The notes beneath the pieces are model-generated. The model made no database searches. It was not told where the DNA came from and saw only the letters and a program-made list of their open reading frames with translations. DNA of 64,000 nt from Thermoproteota archaeon (GTDB taxonomy: Archaea; Korarchaeota; JAOZGF01; JAOZFZ01). This document shows, piece by piece, positions 29,911 through 38,979 of the stretch (the first letter of the stretch is position 1; every line of letters begins with the position of its first letter). Made by a program: the position numbers and the translations under genes. The DNA is taken from NCBI GenBank assembly GCA_027492035.1, contig JAOZFT010000004.1, forward strand, positions 128,001 to 192,000, given 5' to 3'.

Positions 29911-30120
29911 ATACCTATAAAAGCATCAACCCTATATGATAAAGAAGTATATACTTTAAATGCAGCATTTGTGGGTGTTGTAGATCACTTGATTTTTGAC
30001 ACAGTCCAAGGTCGTATTTCCTCTCTGGAGGTAATAACTAAAGATAAGAGAAGAGCGAAAATACCTTTCCATCTGGTTTCGAAAGTAAAAGATATTATTC
30101 TTCTCAAGTCAGCCCTATAG
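29911..30120 (+). CDS. PRC-barrel domain protein (probable ATA start)
   Basis: (M)PIKASTLYDKEVYTLNAAFVGVVDHLIFDTVQGRISSLEVITKDKRRAKIPFHLVSKVKDIILLKSAL. In-frame TAA at 29905; G-rich RBS before ATA 29911; fills the gap between two genes. Confidence 0.75.
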   Translation: MPIKASTLYDKEVYTLNAAFVGVVDHLIFDTVQGRISSLEVITKDKRRAKIPFHLVSKVKDIILLKSAL

Positions 30121-30146
30121 CAGTTAAGCAGTACACGGGGACCAGG

Positions 30147-31016
30147 ATGCTAGAGGAATATTATAAACAGTTGGATATTTTACAAGACAAACTTTTGGGA
30201 CAAAAAGAAGAAAGAGAAAAGCATCTTAAAGAATTGAAAGAAATAAGAAAGAAAGAAAAGGAATTGAAAGAAAAATATAAAGAAATGCTTAAGAAAGCTT
30301 TGGAAATGAAGGAAAAAAGGGATGCCTATAACGAACTCGTAAAAAAGGCTAAAGAGAAAAGAGAGAAAGTAAAGGAAAAGTTAAAGGAAATATTAAAAAA
30401 AGCCAGAGAACATAAAGAGCAGTATAGGGATTGTATAAAAAATATCAAAACCCCGGGGAGAGTATTGAGGTCAAAAATAGATAAGATAGAATGGTTAATC
30501 CAAACAAATCCCTTGACTCAAGAACAAGAAAAGAAATTAATTGACCAGCTTAGTAAACTGCAACAAACTTATAAAATGAGACTTGAAGCAAATGCATTGA
30601 AACAAAAAGCATTTGAATACTATGCGGAAGTTGGAAAATTGAAACTGGAGGATAACAAGTTCCATCGAGAGGTGCTGGAAAAAGCAGAATTAGCTCAGAA
30701 GTGCCATGAAACAATGAAAAAATATTTTAAAAAGGTCGACGAAATAAAGGAGGAAATTGATAAAGTAAAAAAGGAAATGCAACCATATATAGAAAAAGTT
30801 AATTACTATCAACAAGAAATGGACAAGATTAGGAACAAAATCCGTGAAATAAGGGAGAAAATACAGGAGGAGAAAAGAAAAATAAAAGAAAAAGAGCAAA
30901 AAACAGTGGAGGACATGAGAAAAAAGAAGTTAAAGGAAGCACTTGAAAAATTAAACAATAAAGAAAAGATATCAATGGAAGAGTTTTTTCTATTGGTTAA
31001 AGAAGGATATTTATGA
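30147..31016 (+). CDS. Archaeal coiled-coil protein (COG1340-like)
   Basis: K/E-rich heptads; IEWLIQTNPLT..QEKKL; C-terminal EKISMEEF; sits next to DUF373. Confidence 0.8.
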   Translation: MLEEYYKQLDILQDKLLGQKEEREKHLKELKEIRKKEKELKEKYKEMLKKALEMKEKRDAYNELVKKAKEKREKVKEKLKEILKKAREHKEQYRDCIKNIKTPGRVLRSKIDKIEWLIQTNPLTQEQEKKLIDQLSKLQQTYKMRLEANALKQKAFEYYAEVGKLKLEDNKFHREVLEKAELAQKCHETMKKYFKKVDEIKEEIDKVKKEMQPYIEKVNYYQQEMDKIRNKIREIREKIQEEKRKIKEKEQKTVEDMRKKKLKEALEKLNNKEKISMEEFFLLVKEGYL

Positions 31017-32038
31017 AAACGAAAACCTTAATTATTTGTATAGATAGAGATAATGACGTAGGCAAAAAAACAGGTAAGTCAGGGCCAATAATTGGAAGAG
31101 ATGCAAATATAAAGGTAGCTACAGATCTTTTGTTGCAGGATCCAGCTGAATCTGATGCTAATGCCATATTTGCTGCAGTGAAAGTGTATGACAACTTAAA
31201 AAAGGAAGGTGAAGATGTAGAAGTAGCTACAATTACCGGACATGAAAAGAAGGGGTTGGTAGCCGATAAAATTATTAATGAACAATTAAATAAAGTTTTA
31301 TTGGGTTACAATGCAGAAAGAGCTATTGTAGTGACAGATGGAGCTGATGATGAGTTTATTTTACCAATCGTTCAATCCAAGATACCTATATACTCTATGC
31401 AGAGAGTAATTGTTCAACAAAGTCAAGAAATAGAAACTACAGTTATTATATTAATGAATTATATAAAAAGATATGCTAGGATTGTTTTAGGCATTCCAGG
31501 GATTTTTTTCATTGCTGCAGCTATTCTTTATCTCTTGAATCAATTGCAATATCTCTCATCAATGTTCCTGCTTTTAGTTGGTAGTACATTAGCTATTAAA
31601 GGTTTTAAGCTAGATACTGCAGTAAAGAAAATGTTAACCGGAAGAATCGAGTTCTTCACAATGGTTTCAGGGTTAATAATAATTTTTTCAGTTCTTTTCG
31701 CGATTTACCAATCTATATTTACAAAAACAAACCTGTCACTTTCCACCCTCTTAATTGAAACCTCATCCACTTATTTATGGTTAATTATTTTAGGTTTTGT
31801 TGTTTGGTTCTCCGGTGGAGTTGTAGAGGCTTTAATAAAGGGGTCGAAAGTTGTCTGGGATAGAGTAACTCTTATAGTTACAACTGTAACATTGTACCCG
31901 GTATTATTGAATTCCCTACCTATACTCTTATTTGGTTACTCGCCAGAGAGACTTTTAAATTTACTAATTTATGTCATGCTCGGGATGGTGGTAGTATCAA
32001 TTACTTTCCTCATTGCTTGGAAGAAAAAGAGAGTTTAA
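31013..32038 (+). CDS. DUF373 family membrane protein
   Basis: LIICIDRDNDVG.K, DPAESDAN, VTDGADDE, followed by TM helices. Confidence 0.88.
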   Translation: MKTKTLIICIDRDNDVGKKTGKSGPIIGRDANIKVATDLLLQDPAESDANAIFAAVKVYDNLKKEGEDVEVATITGHEKKGLVADKIINEQLNKVLLGYNAERAIVVTDGADDEFILPIVQSKIPIYSMQRVIVQQSQEIETTVIILMNYIKRYARIVLGIPGIFFIAAAILYLLNQLQYLSSMFLLLVGSTLAIKGFKLDTAVKKMLTGRIEFFTMVSGLIIIFSVLFAIYQSIFTKTNLSLSTLLIETSSTYLWLIILGFVVWFSGGVVEALIKGSKVVWDRVTLIVTTVTLYPVLLNSLPILLFGYSPERLLNLLIYVMLGMVVVSITFLIAWKKKRV

Positions 32039-32047
32039 TGTTTCCAT

Positions 32048-32323
32048 TCAGCCGTTGTCCCTCTCCATTTCTTGCAAAAATTTAACGAAAAGAGAAACCT
32101 CGCCTCTTTTAAGATTTAAACAGTACTTACGGGGACGGTAAGGGAAAGTTTTGAGCCATTTCACCTCCTCAAGGTCTTTCAAGTACTTTCCTAAAGTTTT
32201 TGAGTCAATACCTAAACTTTTTCTAATTTGGTACTTGGTGTAAAGTAGTGAAGGATTTTTAGCGAGGAAACGAATAAGTTGAACTTTTCGGTAACTTCCT
32301 AACACTTTCTTAATTTTATCCAT
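32048..32323 (-). CDS. Winged-helix protein divergent from cdc6
   Basis: VLGSYRKVQLIRFL...TKYQIRKSLGIDSKTLGKYLKDL HTH. Confidence 0.7.
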   Translation of the reverse strand: MDKIKKVLGSYRKVQLIRFLAKNPSLLYTKYQIRKSLGIDSKTLGKYLKDLEEVKWLKTFPYRPRKYCLNLKRGEVSLFVKFLQEMERDNG

Positions 32324-32491
32324 GAATATGAACCTGAAGTTTTGTAGTATTTATTTCTTTTGAACGATTAGAGTTAGAGAAATAACCAGCAAAGAACTTA
32401 GAACAATTATTTACCCCCCCTCCCCCAAAAAAACAACCCCACAATATAAAAAGTTGATAAAATGAAGAAATTTCAAGGAGGGGGTTGAGAC

Positions 32492-33679
32492 ATGGGAAGC
32501 AATTTTTTAACTTTAAAGGGGTGGCATTCACCCATTTTCAGGGATGAAACAAAACTTTACTTAGAGTATGTCCCTAAAGATCTTCCTCACCGAGAGGATA
32601 CAATGAAAAAACTAACCTATTTATTTTGGCCAATTATTTCCTCTACTGGAAATTTTTCAGCTAGTGCCTGGATACATGGGGCTGTAGGAACAGGTAAAAC
32701 CGCTGTTTCTAAGAAGTTTGGATTTCTCTTTGAGAAAATCAGTAAACAGAAATCATTTCTTTTAAAGTATATTCACATAAATTGTAAACAGAAAAGAACA
32801 GGCTCTAATGTGATTTTATCCATCTTGGATAATTTAAACGTGACAGTGCCTTCTAGAGGACTTTCTTTTCAAGAATTAGCCTCAATACTTAAAAAAATTC
32901 TGTTCAAGAAGAAAAGATATATCCTTTTAGTTTTGGATGAGGCAGGTTATCTTTTGAAAAAGGAAGGATCCGACATTATTTACAGCCTTGCACGGCTAAC
33001 AGAGGAAGAATTTAATCAGAGGCCTTTATTCTCATTTATTTTTACCTCTAAACAAGGTAGAGATGCCTTTCTTCTAGATCAAAGTACAAGAAGTTCACTT
33101 GCACCAACTAAAATTCATTTACCAAAATACAATAAGAATGAGTTAAAAGATATACTAACTCTAAGAACTGAGGAAGCTTTAAGAAAGGGAGTGATAAAGG
33201 AGGAAGTAATAGATTTAATAGCAGAAATTGCTTCTTCAAAAGGAGATGCTCGATATGCCATAGAGCTCTTGTGGAAAGCTGGTAAAGAAGCTGAAATGGA
33301 GGATTCAAAAGAAATACTTCCCTCTCATGTCCACAAAGTTAATTTATCTATTATGGAACCTAGACAATATGAGGAGATAAATAACTTGCCGAGACATGAA
33401 AAGATGGTTTTGTTAGCGATCATAAAAGAAAATCTGAGTGGAGAGAGGAAATATGCAAGGATTAAAAGGATAGTGGAGAGGTACAGGGGCATTTGTAGAA
33501 AATATGGTGAAGAACCTAGGTCCTATACTAGGGTTTGGCAATTCATAAAGGATTTACAGCACGCAGGGTTAATAGAAGTTAATAGGTTAAGTGAAGGTGA
33601 AAGAGGAACCTTAAAGATAAGGGTTACCCATGAAGAACTAAACAGTTTGGAGGGAGTAATAAAGGGGCAACTTTGCTAA
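32492..33679 (+). CDS. cdc6: Orc1/Cdc6 replication initiator
   Basis: YVPKDLPHRE, GAVGTGKT, LVLDEA, KGDARYAIELL, C-terminal wHTH. Confidence 0.93.
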   Translation: MGSNFLTLKGWHSPIFRDETKLYLEYVPKDLPHREDTMKKLTYLFWPIISSTGNFSASAWIHGAVGTGKTAVSKKFGFLFEKISKQKSFLLKYIHINCKQKRTGSNVILSILDNLNVTVPSRGLSFQELASILKKILFKKKRYILLVLDEAGYLLKKEGSDIIYSLARLTEEEFNQRPLFSFIFTSKQGRDAFLLDQSTRSSLAPTKIHLPKYNKNELKDILTLRTEEALRKGVIKEEVIDLIAEIASSKGDARYAIELLWKAGKEAEMEDSKEILPSHVHKVNLSIMEPRQYEEINNLPRHEKMVLLAIIKENLSGERKYARIKRIVERYRGICRKYGEEPRSYTRVWQFIKDLQHAGLIEVNRLSEGERGTLKIRVTHEELNSLEGVIKGQLC

Positions 33680-33990
33680 AATCTACGGAGAGGTGTTTTC
33701 TAGTGCCTACTCTCCCACAAAAAATTAGTTTAGAGGAGGTATTCTCAACAAAGGCCCGAGTACGAATTATTAAATTGCTTATTTCAGAGGGAGAGATGAA
33801 CATTACCCAGTTAACTAGAAAAACATGTTTAAATCACAAAATAGTTTCTTCAAACATTAAAGTTCTGTCAGAGAAAGGAATAATCTCTACAGAAAAAATA
33901 GGAAGAATTAGAACTTGCAAAATAAATAAATCAAACCCAAGAGCTAAATTATTAGCTAAATTTATTTCAGAATGGCAAAAAAGGCTATGA
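33673..33990 (+). CDS. ArsR-like winged-helix protein
   Basis: EVFSTKARVRIIKLL..EGEMNITQL; follows cdc6; alternative GTG start near 33703. Confidence 0.75.
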   Translation: MLKSTERCFLVPTLPQKISLEEVFSTKARVRIIKLLISEGEMNITQLTRKTCLNHKIVSSNIKVLSEKGIISTEKIGRIRTCKINKSNPRAKLLAKFISEWQKRL

Positions 33991-35181
33991 AAGATGTATT
34001 AACTTTTTAACTTCATCTCTACCTAGTGAAAGGTAATTTATGACTTCTTTCCTATATTTACTCTGTTTCTGAACAAGCAATTTAATGAAAGGCAAATACT
34101 CAGAAATTACTTTTTTGCTTGAAACATGACATTTGCTTGAAATCTTAGCCACTAATTCTTTTTCTTCACCCCTATCTTTCCTAGAAGAACTGATCTTCTT
34201 CAAGTAGGTGGGGAATTTAAAGGGGATGAATTTTTTCCTTTTTCCTACTGAAACAAAAGCCACCGTACCAAACATTAAATCAAAAAAATACTTTAGAAGA
34301 GACCAGTTTCCTTCCTTCTTTATTCTTCCAAGAAAAATGTCGGCTTTTGAGAGTTTCTCATAAGCCATGACTAAACCACGAGGTTCATTATAGATGAGAG
34401 GGAGGTTTTCAGCAACCCATTGAAAGAGAAGAGGGTAGTCTATTTCCAATTCTTCAAACACCCTTAGACCTTCTTCGAAACTTTTAGCCCTTAATAATTT
34501 ATTAATTGCGGCAAAAACATCTATTTTAATGTCACGTGCATGAATTTGCGTTTTATAGAGGAGAATACTTTGTAAATCGTTTAAAGCAGCCCTTACATCA
34601 CCTTTTGCATTCTCCGCTATTGCATTAAGAATTTTATTATCTACATGACCCCCTTCTAACTGAACTACCCTTTTTAAGTAATGGAGGATAGTGGGTTTAG
34701 GTATTCTTCGAAATTTAATGGTTTCACTTTTCAAACGGATATCCCTAAGTCCCAAAGCGTAAGCGTTATTTGCAATCAACACTATTGGATATTTAGATTT
34801 CTCAATGACATGGATAAGGAAGGAAATGAATCTTGGAAAAAGGCTTCTTAACCCTTCTACTTCATCAATTAATATTATTTTTCCCTGGGAACCAAATAAA
34901 CTAGTTGACGTCAAAGTGGAGCTCAGTGCTCTACAAAGCTCCTCAAAAGAGGAAATGGATACGGGGTCGATTTTTACTAGCTCAAAACCTAGTTCTTTGG
35001 CCTCTAACTCAACTAGAAGCGTTTTACCTGAACCTGAAGGCCCGAAAAGCAATGCAGGCTTACTAGTTTCTCCTTTAATAAATTTTTTAAGCCAAGTATT
35101 GAATTTTTCAGTAGCTTCTTTTTGATCCAAGTACTCAGATAAACTTTTGGGTTTGTATTTTTCAATGAAAAGAGTGGACAT
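33985..35181 (-). CDS. rfcL: Replication factor C large subunit
   Basis: EKYKPKSL, LLFGPSGSGKT, ILIDEVEG, GDVRAALNDLQ; downstream of rfcS. Confidence 0.9.
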   Translation of the reverse strand: MSTLFIEKYKPKSLSEYLDQKEATEKFNTWLKKFIKGETSKPALLFGPSGSGKTLLVELEAKELGFELVKIDPVSISSFEELCRALSSTLTSTSLFGSQGKIILIDEVEGLRSLFPRFISFLIHVIEKSKYPIVLIANNAYALGLRDIRLKSETIKFRRIPKPTILHYLKRVVQLEGGHVDNKILNAIAENAKGDVRAALNDLQSILLYKTQIHARDIKIDVFAAINKLLRAKSFEEGLRVFEELEIDYPLLFQWVAENLPLIYNEPRGLVMAYEKLSKADIFLGRIKKEGNWSLLKYFFDLMFGTVAFVSVGKRKKFIPFKFPTYLKKISSSRKDRGEEKELVAKISSKCHVSSKKVISEYLPFIKLLVQKQSKYRKEVINYLSLGRDEVKKLIHLS

Positions 35182-35187
35182 TCCTGA

Positions 35188-36177
35188 TCACACAGCACCG
35201 AAAAGGGAAAATTTAGCTAGAAGAGCACTTAGCTGGACATCTGGATGTGCTCCTTCACTTAACCTAAAGTCAACTTCACCTACGTAGTCTAGTAAGGCCG
35301 TCTTTCTTTCTTCTTCTATATCCATGTTAAGAATTTCTCTATGAACTTGTTGCAAAATGTCAGAAGCAGAAACTCCATACCTTGTCATCAAATTGTAAAG
35401 GGTATCACGTGCCTCCTTGAATTTACCTTCTAAAGAGAGAGTCAACATTTTCCTTATTTCAGCAGGGTGAGCCCTGCCAGCTACCTTAAAGACTATTTCT
35501 TCAGTAATCTCTTCATTAAGAGCTGCAGAGGTTTGTAATAAATTTATTGCCCTCCTTAGGTCGCCTTCAGTGATGTAAACTATTGCATCAAGCCCCTTTC
35601 CAGAAATCGAAACCTTCTCCTTCTCAGCAATATAGAGGAGTCTTTCTTTAATCTTCTCTTCACTGATTCTTTGAAACCTGAAAATAGCACATCGTGACTG
35701 TATAGGTTCAATTATTTTAGAAGAGTAATTACAAATTAATATGAATCTGCAATTGTGTGAAAAAATCTCCATTGTTCGCCTTAATGCCTGTTGAGCATCG
35801 CTGGTTAAATTATCAGCTTCATCTAGACAAATTATTTTATAGGGGAACTCTCCTATTGGAGATGTTCTTGCAAAATCCTTAACTCTGGTTCTAATTGTCT
35901 CTATACCCCTTTCATCTGATGCATTCAACTCAATAAAGTTGGATCTAAAACTCCCTGGACCGAACAATTCTTTAGCTAAACAAATCGCAGCAGTAGTTTT
36001 TCCGGTTCCTGGAGGACCTGCAAATAACATATGAGGAATTGATTTAGTAGCTACGAACCTTTTTAACCTTTCAACTGTCTCCTCTTGGTCAGTAATTTCT
36101 TTTAAAGTCTGAGGCCTATATTTCTCGGTCCAGATGCCATTAGCGCTCATCAAAACAACCTCTAAACCCTGAACCAA
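35188..36177 (-). CDS. rfcS: Replication factor C small subunit (likely ATG at 36150)
   Basis: WTEKYRP, GPPGTGKTT, ELNASDERG, LDEADNL, PIQSRC. Confidence 0.96.
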   Translation of the reverse strand: MVQGLEVVLMSANGIWTEKYRPQTLKEITDQEETVERLKRFVATKSIPHMLFAGPPGTGKTTAAICLAKELFGPGSFRSNFIELNASDERGIETIRTRVKDFARTSPIGEFPYKIICLDEADNLTSDAQQALRRTMEIFSHNCRFILICNYSSKIIEPIQSRCAIFRFQRISEEKIKERLLYIAEKEKVSISGKGLDAIVYITEGDLRRAINLLQTSAALNEEITEEIVFKVAGRAHPAEIRKMLTLSLEGKFKEARDTLYNLMTRYGVSASDILQQVHREILNMDIEEERKTALLDYVGEVDFRLSEGAHPDVQLSALLAKFSLFGAV

Positions 36178-36335
36178 AAATTTAAAATACCTTTCAAAAA
36201 CAATGAACTACTATATTTATTTAATGCCCCTTATAAAAAATAAATGCTCAGCTATAACAAAAAAGTTTTCTTCTTAAGAGAAGAAAACTTTTCACGGCAG
36301 AAAACAGAGAAAACAGAAGAAAAAGCAAGAGGGAT

Positions 36336-36875
36336 ATGGAAGGAGAAGAGTGGGAGTTGGAAACAAAAACTAAGAAAAGAATAAAGAATCAATATAATCT
36401 CTTAAATGATGCCCGAGTAAAATCAAAAAGGGGCTTCTACCTACTGAATGAGGAAGGAAACAAGGAAGAAATTAAAAAAGATGAAATTATTAATGTACCG
36501 GTTTGGCAAGCTGAATTCTTGATAAGGGAAAACCTTGCAGAACCCATATATGAGAAAATAAATAATGAAACCTTAATGAGGATTCTTTCACTTGAGCAAC
36601 TGAATACGTTTTCGTTGTATGAATTACCAAAAGATTTTTACCTTAACTGCCTACATACATTGGAACAATTAAAAAAGAGTAAGGATAAAGCAGCAAATGA
36701 CTTCCTGAACCGACTAGAAAACTTAATAACGCTTAGGTTACAGAAGATACTTAAGATGGCGGCTAAGAACTTAGAAAAAAGAAAAGAAAGGGAAAAGATG
36801 ACAGCTGAGGAAGAACTGCTGTATGATTGGGTAAGGAAATTAGTAAATGATTGGGTTAAATCATTAATAGTTTAA
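36336..36875 (+). CDS. GINS subunit (Gins23/Psf2-like)
   Basis: VPVWQAEFL, LYELPKDFY, RLQKILKMA, MTAEEELLY; immediately upstream of mcm. Confidence 0.75.
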   Translation: MEGEEWELETKTKKRIKNQYNLLNDARVKSKRGFYLLNEEGNKEEIKKDEIINVPVWQAEFLIRENLAEPIYEKINNETLMRILSLEQLNTFSLYELPKDFYLNCLHTLEQLKKSKDKAANDFLNRLENLITLRLQKILKMAAKNLEKRKEREKMTAEEELLYDWVRKLVNDWVKSLIV

Positions 36876-36892
36876 GTAACTTAGGGAGAGGT

Positions 36893-38974
36893 ATGGAATT
36901 GCAACAGCTAAAAATATCACAAGAAACTTTAATCAAGACATTCCAAGATTTTCTGCTTAGCTTTCAAAGTGGAGGCAGAAAAGGATATTATGAACAACTT
37001 AAAGGTTTACCTGAAACAGGAGGAATTTCGATAAACGTTAATTACAGCGATGTTTTAATGTACAACCCAGAAATAGCGAATACTTTATTAGAGAAACCAG
37101 AAAAAATAATTAAGTCAGCATCTGAAGCACTTAAAAGAACAATCTCCCAAATAGACCCTGAATATGCTAGATATAAGAAAAGATTTTACGTGAGGTTTCA
37201 TAATTTACCCTATAAATCAGCTATAAGAGATCTACGTGCAAGTCAGATAGGGAAACTAGTGGAAATAGAGGGAGTGGTAACGCAGGCCTCAGCAATTCAA
37301 GCCCAGATGATAACAGCAACATATGAATGTAGGAGTTGCTCCTCTATTTTTGAGGTTCCAATAGATGAAGATAACCCAAGTTTCCAAAAAAGTGTTTTAA
37401 TTTGCCCAAATTGTGGAAGAAAAGGCCTACACAAGCTACAGCTGGAAAACTGTACTTTCATGGACTGGCAAAGTATAAGGCTGCAGGAGGACCATGAAAA
37501 CCTTCCTCCAGGTAGGTTACCTCGATCAATATTATGTATTCTAAAGGAAGATTTAGCTGATAAAGTTAGGCCGGGGGACCATGTGCAACTTGTAGGTATA
37601 CTAAAACCTATAAGGTTAATCCGCAAAGGGGAAGTAAGTAAGCTAAATTATTCCATTTATTTAGAGGGAAACTATGTAAAAGCATTAGGTGAAGAAGTAG
37701 AGACTGAGGAATTAAGTGAAGAAGACATTGAAAAGATAAAATCTTTAGCAAAAGACCCAAATATAGCAGAAAGAATAGTAAACTCCATTTCTCCTTCGAT
37801 ATATGGCTTAAGCGAAGTTAAAAAAGCAATAACTTTACTGCTTTTTGGTGGAAACCCAAAACATTTAGAAGGAGGAGGAAAAATAAGAGGGGATCTAAAC
37901 ATATTGTTAGTAGGTGATCCTGGAACTGGCAAAAGCCAAATATTAAAAAATGTAGCGAGAGTAGCACCAAGAGGATTATACACTACGGGTAAAGGATCTA
38001 CAGCTGCAGGGTTAACGGCAGCTGTAGTTAAGGATTCATTGACAGGGAATTGGAGTCTGGAAGCAGGGGCTTTAGTTTTAGCTGATAAAGGAGTTGCATG
38101 TATAGATGAGTTTGATAAAATGAGCAACAATGACAGAGTTGCAATTCATGAGGCTATGGAACAACAAACTATTTCGATAGCAAAGGCAGGCATAGTTGCG
38201 ACTTTAAACGCTAGAACATCAATATTAGCGGCAGCCAATCCTGCTTGGGGCAGGTATGATGAAGATAGAAGCCCAGCTGAGAACATAAATTTGCCAGTTA
38301 CGATACTGTCAAGATTTGATTTGATATTTCTAATTAAAGATGCGCCTGAGGCTCCAAAGGATAAAAATGTAGCCGAATTCATCCTTAAACTTCACGCTGG
38401 CAGAGGGGAAAATAATCAAGACTTGATAGAGCCTGTTCTCCTGAAAAAGTATATCCTTTACGCAAGAAAAAACATAAAGCCCCGTTTGACAAGGCAAGCT
38501 TTAGGAAGAATAAAACAGTTTTATTTAAAATTAAGGAAGGAAAGCGAAGAAAAACAAGTGATTGCGATAACGCCTAGGCAATTAGAGGCAGTAATTAGAA
38601 TGAGTGAAGCAAGGGCGAAAATGGAACTTAGAAAACAAGTAAAAGAAACAGATGCTGAATTCGCAATCAATTTAATGGAAGAGTTCCTTAACCAAATAGG
38701 CTACGAAAGGAAAGAGGGTGCATACGATATAGATAGAGTAATCACAGGAGTGTCCTTCTCAAAAAGAAAAAGAATATTAGCCCTTGAATCTTTAATAAAG
38801 GAACTTTATGAAGACAATGGAAAAAGGCCTGTTGAAATATCAACCGTTATAGATACTTTTAAAGAGAAACATGGAATACAGGAGACATTAATAAGGGAAG
38901 ATCTTGCCAGACTAAAGAAGGAGGGAAGAGTACTCTTTCCAAAAGAGGGATATGTGATACCTCTCGGATCCTAA
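36893..38974 (+). CDS. mcm: Replicative helicase MCM
   Basis: Zn finger; GDPGTGKSQ; IDEFDKM; HEAMEQQ; LSRFDL; no intein. Confidence 0.97.
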   Translation: MELQQLKISQETLIKTFQDFLLSFQSGGRKGYYEQLKGLPETGGISINVNYSDVLMYNPEIANTLLEKPEKIIKSASEALKRTISQIDPEYARYKKRFYVRFHNLPYKSAIRDLRASQIGKLVEIEGVVTQASAIQAQMITATYECRSCSSIFEVPIDEDNPSFQKSVLICPNCGRKGLHKLQLENCTFMDWQSIRLQEDHENLPPGRLPRSILCILKEDLADKVRPGDHVQLVGILKPIRLIRKGEVSKLNYSIYLEGNYVKALGEEVETEELSEEDIEKIKSLAKDPNIAERIVNSISPSIYGLSEVKKAITLLLFGGNPKHLEGGGKIRGDLNILLVGDPGTGKSQILKNVARVAPRGLYTTGKGSTAAGLTAAVVKDSLTGNWSLEAGALVLADKGVACIDEFDKMSNNDRVAIHEAMEQQTISIAKAGIVATLNARTSILAAANPAWGRYDEDRSPAENINLPVTILSRFDLIFLIKDAPEAPKDKNVAEFILKLHAGRGENNQDLIEPVLLKKYILYARKNIKPRLTRQALGRIKQFYLKLRKESEEKQVIAITPRQLEAVIRMSEARAKMELRKQVKETDAEFAINLMEEFLNQIGYERKEGAYDIDRVITGVSFSKRKRILALESLIKELYEDNGKRPVEISTVIDTFKEKHGIQETLIREDLARLKKEGRVLFPKEGYVIPLGS

Positions 38975-38979
38975 GGTGT

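Noticed and set aside
30147-31016. Coiled-coil protein as a possible second SMC or cytoskeletal element
   Set aside because: No ATPase motifs; matches the common archaeal coiled-coil protein found beside DUF373
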